DNA of 64,000 nucleotides. It comes from an uncultured bacterium. Its GTDB lineage: Bacteria; Patescibacteriota; Minisyncoccia; Phycocordibacterales; UBA9973. This document shows positions 38,942 to 48,785 of the stretch, one piece after another. Made by a program: the position numbers and the translations under genes. Location of the stretch: NCBI GenBank assembly GCA_903894955.1, contig CAITSA010000001.1, forward strand, positions 3,769-67,768, written 5' to 3'. A model generated the notes under the pieces. That model was not told the origin of the DNA and did no database searches. It was given only the letters and a program-made list of their open reading frames with translations. How positions within the stretch are numbered: the first letter of the stretch is position 1; each line of letters begins with the position of its first letter.

Positions 38942-39838
38942 TTAATTTTTCAATAATAATTTGGGGATAATTGCATTTTGAAGTTTTGTAACAGCTGATT
39001 CTAATGAGGTAATATTTTTGTCCAATTGATTAATGGCTCCCATGGCCACGATGGGGTCAGTGTCAAAAAGCTTTATATCATTCAGATTCTCCAGCACCCT
39101 TTCTAGTCCATTTAAACAATCAAGATGTAGCTGAGTTAGAGATTGGGGTACATTTAGTTTTAATCCCTCTTCTATTCCACTTTGCATGGGGTTAATTACT
39201 AAGTCTAGTTTTGCTAAGGCTGAAAGATCTACATTATTTTCATCCGCCACGGCCTTTTGCAGGACAGACATCAAATCTTCCTTCATTGGATATTTATTTT
39301 GAATTTTATTCATTGCATTTAAATAACTTATGATAGTTGAGGTACTGTCATCGTTGATTATTTTGAGATCAGAGGTTGTAAAGACTTTTCGAACAACAGG
39401 AGTCCCAATTTTTTCAGCCAAAGAAGCTCCTAATGCGTCTACTGTAGTTTGATCCATTGTTCCAGTTTGGCTTTCGGCAGCTACAGTGGCGAAAAGCTCT
39501 CTAGAAAATTGTTCGGTTTTAGTTAGTTTTTCTGGTTCTGTGGAAGTAATATCTCCATTTATTTTTCCTGTATTTCCCTCTTCCCCAGCTTGTAATTTAC
39601 TGATGACTGTGCTGTTTGGTATTCCAGGAGTTGTTTCTTTTTTAGTTGGATCAAGTCCATACAAGGATTCCTCCCAATCTGGTATTCCATTACCATTGGA
39701 ATCTTTGTTTACTGAGTCTTCTATGGTTGCGTTGTCAAAAGCCATTAATCCATTGTTTTGGTTGCTTTGAACGAATTTGAGAGTATTTTTAAAGATAGAT
39801 GTATCTCTTATTAAAAAAAGGGTAACAAGAAAAAGCAC
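38942..39838 (-). CDS. Membrane-anchored protein with Ca-binding-like DxNxNGIPDWEE motif
   Basis: N-terminal TM; DSNGNGIPDWEESLYGLDP; frame stays open upstream to an ATA at 39892. Confidence 0.7.
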   Translation of the reverse strand: MLFLVTLFLIRDTSIFKNTLKFVQSNQNNGLMAFDNATIEDSVNKDSNGNGIPDWEESLYGLDPTKKETTPGIPNSTVISKLQAGEEGNTGKINGDITSTEPEKLTKTEQFSRELFATVAAESQTGTMDQTTVDALGASLAEKIGTPVVRKVFTTSDLKIINDDSTSTIISYLNAMNKIQNKYPMKEDLMSVLQKAVADENNVDLSALAKLDLVINPMQSGIEEGLKLNVPQSLTQLHLDCLNGLERVLENLNDIKLFDTDPIVAMGAINQLDKNITSLESAVTKLQNAIIPKLLLKN

Positions 39839-39924
39839 TGCAAAGGCAATTAAAATTATCCTTTTATGTTTTTCCCAAATATTTTTAATTATGAGTTAAT
39901 TATAACATCTCTTTTAAAAAGAAA

Positions 39925-40728
39925 CTAGCTTTTAGAGAGGGCAATCCAGCCAGAAAGAGTTAAATCTTCTGCTCTTTTGTTTTTTAAGGTCTCTGAAGTA
40001 GAAATTCCTCTATTTTTTAGATTTGAGGAGAGCTTTTTTCTTTTATGAGCAAAGCCAGCTTTGACTATTCCCCAAAATCTTTCCTCATCAATGTTGTTTT
40101 CCTTAAAAGTCTTTCGAGAAATATTTTTTATGGCAATAATAGCTGAATCAACCTTGGGGCTGGGTGAAAAATATCTTTTATCAACTTTTGCAATAATTTT
40201 TGGCTCCCCGTAAGCTTTGACTGAAATAGACAGAATACTTTCTTTATTATCACGAGCCACTATTCTTTTTGCTACTTCGTGTTGCACCATTAGAATCATC
40301 CTTTCTGGTTGTGCTTCTATTGTTAAAAATTTTTTTAAAATTGCACCAGTAATATTATAAGGAATATTGGCGATGATTTTATAGTGAACCCCTCTAGCCT
40401 TCCTTGTCATGGGAATATTTTCTCCCCCTGCTAAGGGGGAGATTAAGAGGGGGTCGAATTTTAAAATATCATCATTTATTAAAATTAATTTTTTTTCTAA
40501 AATTTCTTTTTCAAATTTTGTTTTTAAAAATTCAAAAAGTTCACGGTCTTTTTCTACTGCGATGACGAGATTGGATTGCTCTAAAAGTTTTTCTGTGAGT
40601 GCTCCTTTTCCTGGTCCAATTTCTAAAATTACATCATCTTTTTTTATTTCCCCAACTTCCGCAATTTTCTTTAAAGCAATTTCTGACTTTAAAAAATTTT
40701 GCCCCAGTGATTTTTTAGCTCTGTGCAT
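39925..40728 (-). CDS. rsmA: 16S rRNA dimethyladenosine transferase RsmA/KsgA
   Basis: AKKSLGQNFL, LEIGPGKG, ANIPYNIT, MVQHEVA, FSPSPKVDS; start moved to ATG 40728. Confidence 0.95.
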   Translation of the reverse strand: MHRAKKSLGQNFLKSEIALKKIAEVGEIKKDDVILEIGPGKGALTEKLLEQSNLVIAVEKDRELFEFLKTKFEKEILEKKLILINDDILKFDPLLISPLAGGENIPMTRKARGVHYKIIANIPYNITGAILKKFLTIEAQPERMILMVQHEVAKRIVARDNKESILSISVKAYGEPKIIAKVDKRYFSPSPKVDSAIIAIKNISRKTFKENNIDEERFWGIVKAGFAHKRKKLSSNLKNRGISTSETLKNKRAEDLTLSGWIALSKS

Positions 40729-40736
40729 AAATATAA

Positions 40737-42335
40737 TTATTGGAATGCAATAGTGCCTATAATTAAAATAAGATAGATCATATAAACCACAAACGCTTTC
40801 CATTCTTTATAATTTTCTTCATTAATGAAATACCAAGAAAGGATGGAAGCTATGATAGATGGAACAAAAAGGAATGGAATGTGAAAATACCATGGAATTA
40901 AAAGAAAGAAAAAACAAATAATTCCAGCAATTAATTTTTTAGATTTTTTTAATCCCAATAAAGTAGGAATGGTTTTTATACGAGCGACACGATCTCCTTC
41001 AAAATCTTTAATATCACGAATATTAGAAACTGCAATATGGAAAATAACAATAGCTACAGCCAGACCAAACGGGAAAGCAGTGATAGCTTTATTAGGACTT
41101 ACTAAGAAAAATCCTCCTAAAACAGCTGATAAACAAGCAAGTCCAACTAGGCTGGAATTTAAGATGACGAATCTTTTTAGTCTTAAGGGCGGATTGGAAT
41201 AAATAAAATAAATAGAAAGTCCTAGGCAGGTAAAAAATAATATATAAAGGCTAGATGCATAAGCTGATAATAATGCAAAGATTAGAAATATTTTTGAAGC
41301 TATCTCTAGGTCATTTTTTGATAAATCTTTTGTAATTAATGGACGATTTTTATTTGATACAGTATCAATTACTTCATCTTGTATATCATTTTGACAAATA
41401 CTAAACATTCCAGCACAAATAAGTGTTATGGTCGCTAATATATAACTCTGAATATCAATCCAGTTTGTTGACCAGGTGCCATGAGCCAAAACCACGCCAA
41501 ATATGGATAAAAGAAAAAAATAAAATAGTCTTTCCAATCGGCTGTTTTTTAGTAAAGCTATTAATTTTTTTCTAGCACCAAGAAAGAAAAAAGAAAGGGT
41601 AGCTAATATAGCTATGATGGTGTTAAAACCAATCATTGTTTTATTAAAAGCGAATTCAATTAGTCCTTGGTTGGTTGCTGTGAAATTTGGATCAAGATTA
41701 TTTTGAATTATGTGTGATGAAATGATTGATTGTACGACTGAAAAAGCTGGTCCATTTTGGTTTGGTAAGAATAAAGCTATTAATGAAGGAATTGAGCCAA
41801 GGAAAAGTACAAAAACATAAAAAGCAAAAGTTGCTCCCAGAGCCCGAAGAAAATTTTTTGTAACTTTGTACACGTAAACACAACAAAAAATACCTCCAAT
41901 GATTCCTTCAATTTTCATTCCAAGAGTTACCCCAGAGTTTATCTTTCCGCTAAAAAAATATGTCCCAAACTGAAGCAGTAAGTCTTTTCCAGTTACGAAA
42001 AGATAATTTATTGGGTGTCCACCCACTCCGCCAAAAATTAAATCAATAATTGGAGGAATCCAAATTACGAAAAATCCTAAAAGACAAATTACTGACACTT
42101 CTTTTAGACTTGTTTTGGCAAAAAACATTAAAATAACCATTAAGCCAACAATAGTAGTAAGAAAAAATATATTAAAATGAATGATACTGGATAGATTAAT
42201 CAGAATAAATTCTCCTGGTTTAAAATTTGAAAACTGCTCTAATAGAGCTCTGATCAATACAATCCCAACAAAAGAAGCAATCCAAGAATTAAAAGTTATC
42301 GGGACAGAATTTGCATACAAGCGCAATTTTTCCAT
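40737..42335 (-). CDS. UbiA-family prenyltransferase with an extra N-terminal multi-TM domain
   Basis: NDIQDEVID...NKNRPL, YSNPPLRLK, RDIKDFEGD....IKTIP. Confidence 0.85.
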   Translation of the reverse strand: MEKLRLYANSVPITFNSWIASFVGIVLIRALLEQFSNFKPGEFILINLSSIIHFNIFFLTTIVGLMVILMFFAKTSLKEVSVICLLGFFVIWIPPIIDLIFGGVGGHPINYLFVTGKDLLLQFGTYFFSGKINSGVTLGMKIEGIIGGIFCCVYVYKVTKNFLRALGATFAFYVFVLFLGSIPSLIALFLPNQNGPAFSVVQSIISSHIIQNNLDPNFTATNQGLIEFAFNKTMIGFNTIIAILATLSFFFLGARKKLIALLKNSRLERLFYFFLLSIFGVVLAHGTWSTNWIDIQSYILATITLICAGMFSICQNDIQDEVIDTVSNKNRPLITKDLSKNDLEIASKIFLIFALLSAYASSLYILFFTCLGLSIYFIYSNPPLRLKRFVILNSSLVGLACLSAVLGGFFLVSPNKAITAFPFGLAVAIVIFHIAVSNIRDIKDFEGDRVARIKTIPTLLGLKKSKKLIAGIICFFFLLIPWYFHIPFLFVPSIIASILSWYFINEENYKEWKAFVVYMIYLILIIGTIAFQ

Positions 42336-42364
42336 AGAAAAACTATATCATAGACTAGGGATAT

Positions 42365-43441
42365 TTACACTTTTCGATCAATAATGTAATTTACAATTCC
42401 AGTAAAAAATTCTTTAGCCTCTTTGTTTTTAAAATTAATTTTTGTCAGAGCAATTAGAGCTTCTTCAGCAAAACTTTTTGCTAGTTTTTCAGAATATTCC
42501 AAAGAGCCAGTTTCTCTAATAACCTTTCTGAATTCTTCAATTTCTTTTTTTGAAATATTTTTATTATTTAAACATTTTTTGATGAACCTTTTTTGTTTCC
42601 CGTTTCCTTTTTCTAGGGCTTTCAAAACTAAAAGTGTTTTTTTGCCTTCAGTAATATCAGATCCGACGGTCTTGCCAATTTCTTTTTCATTTCCAAAAAT
42701 CCCTAAAATATCATCTTTTATTTGGAAAGCTTTTCCTAAAGGTAGGGCAAATTTATAAAATAAATCTAAATATGATTTATCAGCTTCAGCTAAAATACAT
42801 CCCAAATTAATTGGTCCTTCAAAAGTATAAAAAGCTGTCTTCATCTCGTACATTTTGAGGATTTGTTTTTCTGTTGTTTTGTCTTGATAACTCATTGTAA
42901 TATCAAGTATTTCTCCAGAACAAGTCGAGAATATAATGTTTTCAAGTTTTTTAAGAAATTTTAATTTAACATCATCTTTGAAGTTCGTATTAAAAATAAT
43001 ATCACGCGCCATAGAGCTAGCCATATCGCCAGAGATTATGGCCATAGAATTTCCGAAATGAGTTTTATCTTTTTTATGATTATATTTATTGGCATTTTTT
43101 TTATATTCCTCATGGATTGTATCTCTACCATGTCGGACAGGATCTTTGTCTATAATATCGTCATGAATTAAAGCAAAAGAATGAAGAAGTTCGCTTCCCA
43201 TTGAAATTTTAAAAATTTCTCTATAGTTTTTACCGCCTGTGGCTAGATAGCTGTAATATAAAAAAGCTGGCCTGATTCTTTTTCCTCCAGCCAGAGTGTA
43301 GTCTCTAATCATTTCTATCGCTTCTTTAGTGGTTGAGTCAATTTTGCCAGCTTGATGAATTTTTTCTTCAAAATAGTTTTGCAGAGAAGGATCGAATCTT
43401 GTTTTGAAATTTTTCAGAAGTTGAATGGCTTTTATGCTCAT
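42365..43441 (-). CDS. Polyprenyl diphosphate synthase (GGPP-synthase-like)
   Basis: GGKRIRP, FARM FALIHDDIID...RHG, KTA.Y, SARM FQIKDDILG, GSDITEGKKT. Confidence 0.92.
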   Translation of the reverse strand: MSIKAIQLLKNFKTRFDPSLQNYFEEKIHQAGKIDSTTKEAIEMIRDYTLAGGKRIRPAFLYYSYLATGGKNYREIFKISMGSELLHSFALIHDDIIDKDPVRHGRDTIHEEYKKNANKYNHKKDKTHFGNSMAIISGDMASSMARDIIFNTNFKDDVKLKFLKKLENIIFSTCSGEILDITMSYQDKTTEKQILKMYEMKTAFYTFEGPINLGCILAEADKSYLDLFYKFALPLGKAFQIKDDILGIFGNEKEIGKTVGSDITEGKKTLLVLKALEKGNGKQKRFIKKCLNNKNISKKEIEEFRKVIRETGSLEYSEKLAKSFAEEALIALTKINFKNKEAKEFFTGIVNYIIDRKV

Positions 43442-43490
43442 ATAAAGATAAGTTTAACTTATTTATAATATAAAGCCAAACTTTAATACT

Positions 43491-45560
43491 TTATAAGTAA
43501 ATTGTTTTTATTCCACTGGCCTCACCTTCTTTTTTTAAAATATCAGCTGGAATATCTGAAATAAATTCTGATGGTGTATTTATCTGGCGTGATCCAAAAA
43601 TAGTCCGGAAATTTGCAAATGACAAAAATAATTTTTCTTTAGCGCGAGTGAGTGCCACATAAAAAAGTCTGCGTTCTTCCTCGTCGTCTTCATTTGCTTT
43701 ATTTTCATTTTGTCTTTCGTGTGGGAAAAGTCCATCTTCTAATCCTGTAATAAAAACATATTTAAATTCAAGTCCTTTTGAAGCATGGACGGTCATAAGT
43801 TTTATAGCGTTTACTTTTTCTTTTTTTTCTTGATTAATCATTAATGAATCTTGATCTGATGCTAGTGACGCATCTTCTAAAAGTTTTTCTACTCCTGTTC
43901 CACTTGTTAGATTGTCATATTTGAGTGCAAGGGTGGCGAGCTCTTTGATGTTTTCTAATCTCTCCATATCTTCTTCGGTTCCAGCAGAAAGTTCTTGTTC
44001 AATCCCGGACTTTTTAACTACAAATTTTATTATCTCGCTTGTCTTTAAACCTTGTTTTTGTTCATCTTGTCTGGATATTTTTTCTTTTATCTCTTCGAGT
44101 ATTTTATAAAAATTATTAATTTTTATTTGCATTTTTATCGGCAAGGTTTCTCTTTGTCCAGAAAAAATTTTCATTAAAGTTACTTTTCCGATGCCTCGTG
44201 CTGGGAAATTTATTATTCTTTTTATATCAGATAAACTATCGGGGTTTAGAGCTGCTCGTAAATAGGCTAAAGTATCTTTAATTTCTTTTCTTTCAAAAAA
44301 TTTAACACCTAAAACTTGATATGGGATATTATACCGAAGCATCGCTTCTTCCAAAACTCTGGACTGAAAATTTGCACGATAAAGAATTGCTATTTCAAAC
44401 AAATGAGAGGATGTTACTTTTGTGGGGTCGCTGTCTGTGCCTACTGGCACAGCGCTGCCTCTCGGCCCGTCGGCCTGTGAGACACCCCTCAAAAGCAAAT
44501 CCTCTCCTTTGTCTAGTATTTCTAGAATTTTTGTTGCGACGAATTCTCCTTCGTCTGTTTCGTCGAGTGCTTCATATAAGCCTATCTTCTCCCCTTCCAC
44601 ATTGTTTGTAAATAAATTTTTATCTGGTCTATATTTATTTTTCTTGATTACCACATTGGCTGCTTCTAAAATATTTTTTGTAGATCTGTAATTTTGTTCC
44701 AGTAAAATTATTTTTGCATTTGGATAATCTTTTTCAAAATTTAAAATATTTTTCAAATTTGCTCCGCGCCAAGAATAGATATTTTGATCTGCATCACCCA
44801 CCACGCAAATATTTCTATTAGTATTTGTTAGTAATTTAGACATCAAATACTGCACTTCATTTGTGTCTTGATATTCATCGATGTGTATATATTCCCATCT
44901 TTCTTGATAAATTTTTCTTATCTCTTTGTTTTCTTTTAATAATTTTGTAGTCTTTAACAACAGATCATCAAAATCTAATGCATTCTCTTTTGTCTTTTGT
45001 TTTTCATATAAATTCCAAACTTGAGCCACAATTTTCCCCAAAGAATTTCCTCCTCCCTCTTCCCTTTCTACATAATCCGCTAAATATACAAACTTTCCTT
45101 TTTCTCGGGAAATTATATTTTTGATTTTTTTTGGATCATATTGTTTCGGGTCTAAGCTAAGCTCTTTTAAGATATTCTTTATCAGAGTGGTGGTATCATT
45201 TTCGTCTAAAATAGTAAAATATTTTGTTAAACCTAAAAGTTGTGCATTTTCTTTTATAATATAGACTCCCAAAGAGTGGAAGGTGCTGACGAAAGGAATT
45301 TTATCTTGTCCTTTGGCATTTTTTTGGATTTCTCCGATAATTCTCTCGCGCATTTCTTTAGCTGCTTTGTTGGTGAACGTGACCGCTAAAATTTTATCAG
45401 GCGAAACTCCATTTTTTATTAGATTGACAATTCGATGCGTAATAGTCTTTGTTTTTCCCGCTCCCGCTCCAGCCACAATCAAAAGTGGACCCTTCACATG
45501 AAGTGCTGCCTCTTTTTGCTCCTTATTGAGACCTTTTAAATGCTGTTCGTCTATAGCCAC
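43491..45560 (-). CDS. pcrA: ATP-dependent DNA helicase PcrA/UvrD with a ~38-aa in-frame insertion
   Basis: AGAGAGKT, TFTNKAA, DEYQDTN, VGDADQNIYSWRGA, NYRS, TVHASKGLEF, EERRLFYVALTRA. Confidence 0.95.
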   Translation of the reverse strand: MAIDEQHLKGLNKEQKEAALHVKGPLLIVAGAGAGKTKTITHRIVNLIKNGVSPDKILAVTFTNKAAKEMRERIIGEIQKNAKGQDKIPFVSTFHSLGVYIIKENAQLLGLTKYFTILDENDTTTLIKNILKELSLDPKQYDPKKIKNIISREKGKFVYLADYVEREEGGGNSLGKIVAQVWNLYEKQKTKENALDFDDLLLKTTKLLKENKEIRKIYQERWEYIHIDEYQDTNEVQYLMSKLLTNTNRNICVVGDADQNIYSWRGANLKNILNFEKDYPNAKIILLEQNYRSTKNILEAANVVIKKNKYRPDKNLFTNNVEGEKIGLYEALDETDEGEFVATKILEILDKGEDLLLRGVSQADGPRGSAVPVGTDSDPTKVTSSHLFEIAILYRANFQSRVLEEAMLRYNIPYQVLGVKFFERKEIKDTLAYLRAALNPDSLSDIKRIINFPARGIGKVTLMKIFSGQRETLPIKMQIKINNFYKILEEIKEKISRQDEQKQGLKTSEIIKFVVKKSGIEQELSAGTEEDMERLENIKELATLALKYDNLTSGTGVEKLLEDASLASDQDSLMINQEKKEKVNAIKLMTVHASKGLEFKYVFITGLEDGLFPHERQNENKANEDDEEERRLFYVALTRAKEKLFLSFANFRTIFGSRQINTPSEFISDIPADILKKEGEASGIKTIYL
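44399..44512. repeat. Branched structured repeat, copy E, in frame within pcrA
   Basis: Outer IR GAGAGGAT..ACTTTTG.GGGGT / ACCCC.CAAAAG..ATCCTCTC; core CTCGGCCCGTCGGCCT. Confidence 0.85.
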
Positions 45561-45580
45561 GCATCTAATATAACACGAAT

Positions 45581-48496
45581 TTATTTTCTTAGACTTTCTT
45601 CAAATATTTCTAATTTTCCATCTGCCACTAGTTTTTGCAAAGCGCGGCATATGTAATGTCCACTATTCTCAGTTCCTACTCCAAGGAACCCTGCTTTAGG
45701 TTTAAGTTCGCTGAAATTTTTAAGTAAATTTAAATAATCTGAGAAACGTTTCGTTGTGGCATCAATATTTGTTTCGTTTGTGTATTCTAGAATCTTGGTT
45801 GCTTTTAAGGCACCCAACCTACTCCAGGTTGCTGGTTCGTTTCCAAATAAATGATTCATATCTCCAAGGCTGGCATCATAAGCTTTTATTAATTCCTTCC
45901 CAGGTAAATTGAAAGGATTATCTGCAAATACCGGATATTTTTGTAAAATAACATTTTCATCTGTTGTAAGTTCAGGAAAATATGGTTTACCATATGCATC
46001 ATGAAATTGACCAGCTTCATTAAGATAATATCTTTCTCCATTAAATATAGATGTTTGATTTCCATAATAATTACCCCCAGTATAGGCTTCACTTCCAGTA
46101 TATGCTACATCATTTCCCGTATATGCTTTAGTTCCAATCTCATGGGCTGTGCCTACATGTACAACTTGAGAACCTAGATGAGGTGTTTTTATGTTATTGG
46201 CAAGATTGGGCTTTTCTGTTCCCGCAACACCCTGTGTTGCTTTTAATTTTTCAGCTTCATTAAATTTATCATCTATTTCTTTTTCTATTTGATCTGCAGT
46301 CTTTATGCTTGGCGCTTTAACTTTTTCTGGTTCAGTAGGTGGAGTAGTATGATGTTCTTGTACAACTTGTTCTGGTTGGTGGTGAGCTGTGCTTATTTTT
46401 TCATATTGGTTATTTGGGTTTTTCCCAAATTCATACCCTTCTTCTTTATCATATGTTTCAATTATTTTCCCATCAAGTGTTTTTTCTATAACTACTGGGT
46501 GTCCATTTTCCACTTTAAGTTCAAAAGCTATTTTATTTGCTTCTGTTATGCGAACTTCTTGCCCATTTTCCCCAATATAACCCATCTTATCAGCTATTTT
46601 ATGAGCTTCTTGTCCTGCGAATTTATGCAAAGCCGCTGTATCACTTGTGTCTCCCTTAAATCCTAATTGTTCGGCTAATTTTGGATTAGCATCTATTTGT
46701 TTTATGAATGTATGCTCCACTCCTTGACCTTGATATACTACTGCGTTTGCATTTGGAGGAGTTAGAGTTTCTGGAGTAGCTACATTAGCAGATTCAGGTG
46801 AAGTAGTAGGAGGCACATTTGAGAAATTTTTCGGAGCACCAGTAGCATCAGGTTGAGCAACTCCACTTTTTGGCATATTTCCATGAACTCCCCACCAGCC
46901 TAAATGTTCTCCAACATACCTCAAAGCATAACCAGCAGTTGCTAGTCCAGCTCCTAGTAATGCACCATTTCGTGTTTGTTTGTAAATAAATTCTCTTTGT
47001 GCTTCAGAAGTTTTTTCAGCTAGATTGCTACCTTTTCTAGCTAATAGAAGATTAATTCTTGTTTTTAATTCCACATTTGTTTTTTCAGACATTGTTTCTC
47101 TTAAAACCAATGCTTCATTTAAATTATTTACTAAATTATATTCATTCACAAGAGACGACTTAGAATCTCCAAAATTTACTTGTCCTTTTTCTATTTTACC
47201 TAAAGTGTGCTCTATTCTTACAGACAACATACTAAGTTTTTCTGCGTGTTCTTCTTTTCGTTCGTCTTTATTAGTAGTATTTTTTATTTCTTGAATTAAT
47301 TTTTCTAAACGTTTATTTAAATGCGTTGCATCCGTAGTTACAATTTTTTCTTTACTAGTATCTTTTTTCCCATGCCTAGCTTCTTTTTGTCTTTCTTCTA
47401 GGGTTTCTTTCCCGCGAAAACGACCTCTGATTCCTCCTATTACTCCACCTACAGCAACAGTAGCTACTCCTGTCATAATATTTACCCCTGAAGCAAAAGC
47501 TAAACTTTTTGATAACCATCTTGCACCATAACCTCCAGCAAATATAGCTTTATTTATAGCTCCTTTCCCTCCAGCCATATTCAAAACATCTTTTCCTTGG
47601 GCAAGCCAGTTGTCACTTTTTTCATTTTTTGATAAATGGGCCAGTTCTGCTTCAAATTCAGGATGTGTGTTTATTAGCTGGTCCATTTTAATTAGGTTAT
47701 CCAACTGTAAGAATTCTATTATTGCAGACCCTTTTCCTTTTTCATTTTCCTTTATTTTTAAAAGTTCATTTCTTGCTTTTTCATATTCAGCTTTAGTTTT
47801 TTCGTATTCTTTTCTATGCTTAACCCCTATTTCCATACTTCCTAATTTTAATTTAGCTTTCTCTTGACTCCATTCATAGGGTATTTTTCGAAAATTATTT
47901 GCCGCAGTATTGAAATTTATAATAATTATTTTTTCTATCTCGCTAGAAGCTTTATCTGGATTAATAAAAGCAATTTCTAGTTTATTATTATTTATAGAAA
48001 CCTCTCTATCCTTTGTCATCTCTGTAAGTTGTGCCAAATTTTCAACTATTAGTTTTTTCCCTTCTTCTGTATTTTTGATTGTTTCGAAAGCTTTTATTTC
48101 AAAGTTTTTTGTTTCTGATTCTTTATTTAGGGATGTTCTTATTTTTGCTATTGCTCCTTTTTCTTTTATGTCTTCAGAATATTGTGTTTGTGCGTCTGAT
48201 TTTACAAGGTCAACAATTCTGCGCTTGAGATCTCGAATTATTTTTAGTTTTTGTGCATTATTTAAAGTTTCAAATTCTTTTGTAAGAAAGGGACCCAAAT
48301 CCATTTCAGTAATAAAATCTGTTACTTCTTTTTGTGCACGTTCTTTATTATATTGCTGTTCTGGCTCTTCTTCATAGGTCTCTTTTGTTTCTTCTTCAAC
48401 TTCTTCTGGGATAACATCTATAATATTAGGATCTTTGGGATTTATTTCTCCTCTTATTGCTCTTAGGAGACGTTCTGTTTCATTCATAGTATTCAT
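45581..48496 (-). CDS. Large hypothetical protein (971 aa), coiled-coil with glycine-rich hydrophobic segments
   Basis: Long ORF with charged helical regions and two Gly/Ala-rich TM-like stretches. Confidence 0.75.
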   Translation of the reverse strand: MNTMNETERLLRAIRGEINPKDPNIIDVIPEEVEEETKETYEEEPEQQYNKERAQKEVTDFITEMDLGPFLTKEFETLNNAQKLKIIRDLKRRIVDLVKSDAQTQYSEDIKEKGAIAKIRTSLNKESETKNFEIKAFETIKNTEEGKKLIVENLAQLTEMTKDREVSINNNKLEIAFINPDKASSEIEKIIIINFNTAANNFRKIPYEWSQEKAKLKLGSMEIGVKHRKEYEKTKAEYEKARNELLKIKENEKGKGSAIIEFLQLDNLIKMDQLINTHPEFEAELAHLSKNEKSDNWLAQGKDVLNMAGGKGAINKAIFAGGYGARWLSKSLAFASGVNIMTGVATVAVGGVIGGIRGRFRGKETLEERQKEARHGKKDTSKEKIVTTDATHLNKRLEKLIQEIKNTTNKDERKEEHAEKLSMLSVRIEHTLGKIEKGQVNFGDSKSSLVNEYNLVNNLNEALVLRETMSEKTNVELKTRINLLLARKGSNLAEKTSEAQREFIYKQTRNGALLGAGLATAGYALRYVGEHLGWWGVHGNMPKSGVAQPDATGAPKNFSNVPPTTSPESANVATPETLTPPNANAVVYQGQGVEHTFIKQIDANPKLAEQLGFKGDTSDTAALHKFAGQEAHKIADKMGYIGENGQEVRITEANKIAFELKVENGHPVVIEKTLDGKIIETYDKEEGYEFGKNPNNQYEKISTAHHQPEQVVQEHHTTPPTEPEKVKAPSIKTADQIEKEIDDKFNEAEKLKATQGVAGTEKPNLANNIKTPHLGSQVVHVGTAHEIGTKAYTGNDVAYTGSEAYTGGNYYGNQTSIFNGERYYLNEAGQFHDAYGKPYFPELTTDENVILQKYPVFADNPFNLPGKELIKAYDASLGDMNHLFGNEPATWSRLGALKATKILEYTNETNIDATTKRFSDYLNLLKNFSELKPKAGFLGVGTENSGHYICRALQKLVADGKLEIFEESLRK

Positions 48497-48566
48497 ATTA
48501 TACCCAATAGTAAGATTTTAACAATTTTTTAGGTGTGTGGTTTATCCACAGGTGGTTCTTGTCCGA

Positions 48567-48785
48567 TTGACTTTTGACCATTTTTGCGATATCTTGGAGG
48601 GGTACCCAGCAGTAGAGAAATCTCACTTCTGGGCATAGTCCTGAAGAGAGGTACAGAGCAAATTGACTGAAGGCTAGAGAAGACAGTAACCATCGTGAGA
48701 ACCTTTATCGCCAGTTGGCGAATGCAGCACAATACAGGTCGTCCTGTGATTCTACCTTTATAATAAAAGGCTAGAAAAGGAAATC
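48567..48785 (+). promoter_or_regulatory. Sigma70-like promoter and long structured 5' leader of the LysM/M23 gene
   Basis: TTGACT-N17-TATCTT followed by ~190 nt of GC-richer DNA with several hairpins; DnaA box TTATCCACA at 48542-48550. Confidence 0.5.

Noticed and set aside
25744..39838. Integrative conjugative element or prophage
   Set aside because: No integrase, relaxase, att repeats or phage structural genes; flanked by housekeeping genes
44399..44512. Intein or group I/II intron in pcrA or polA
   Set aside because: Inserts are only ~8-40 codons, lack intein termini (C/S...HN) and intron core motifs, and have intergenic relatives; splicing cannot be formally excluded without RNA data
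48529..48732. 67-aa - strand ORF
   Set aside because: No motifs; the region is better explained as the promoter and structured leader of the LysM-M23 gene
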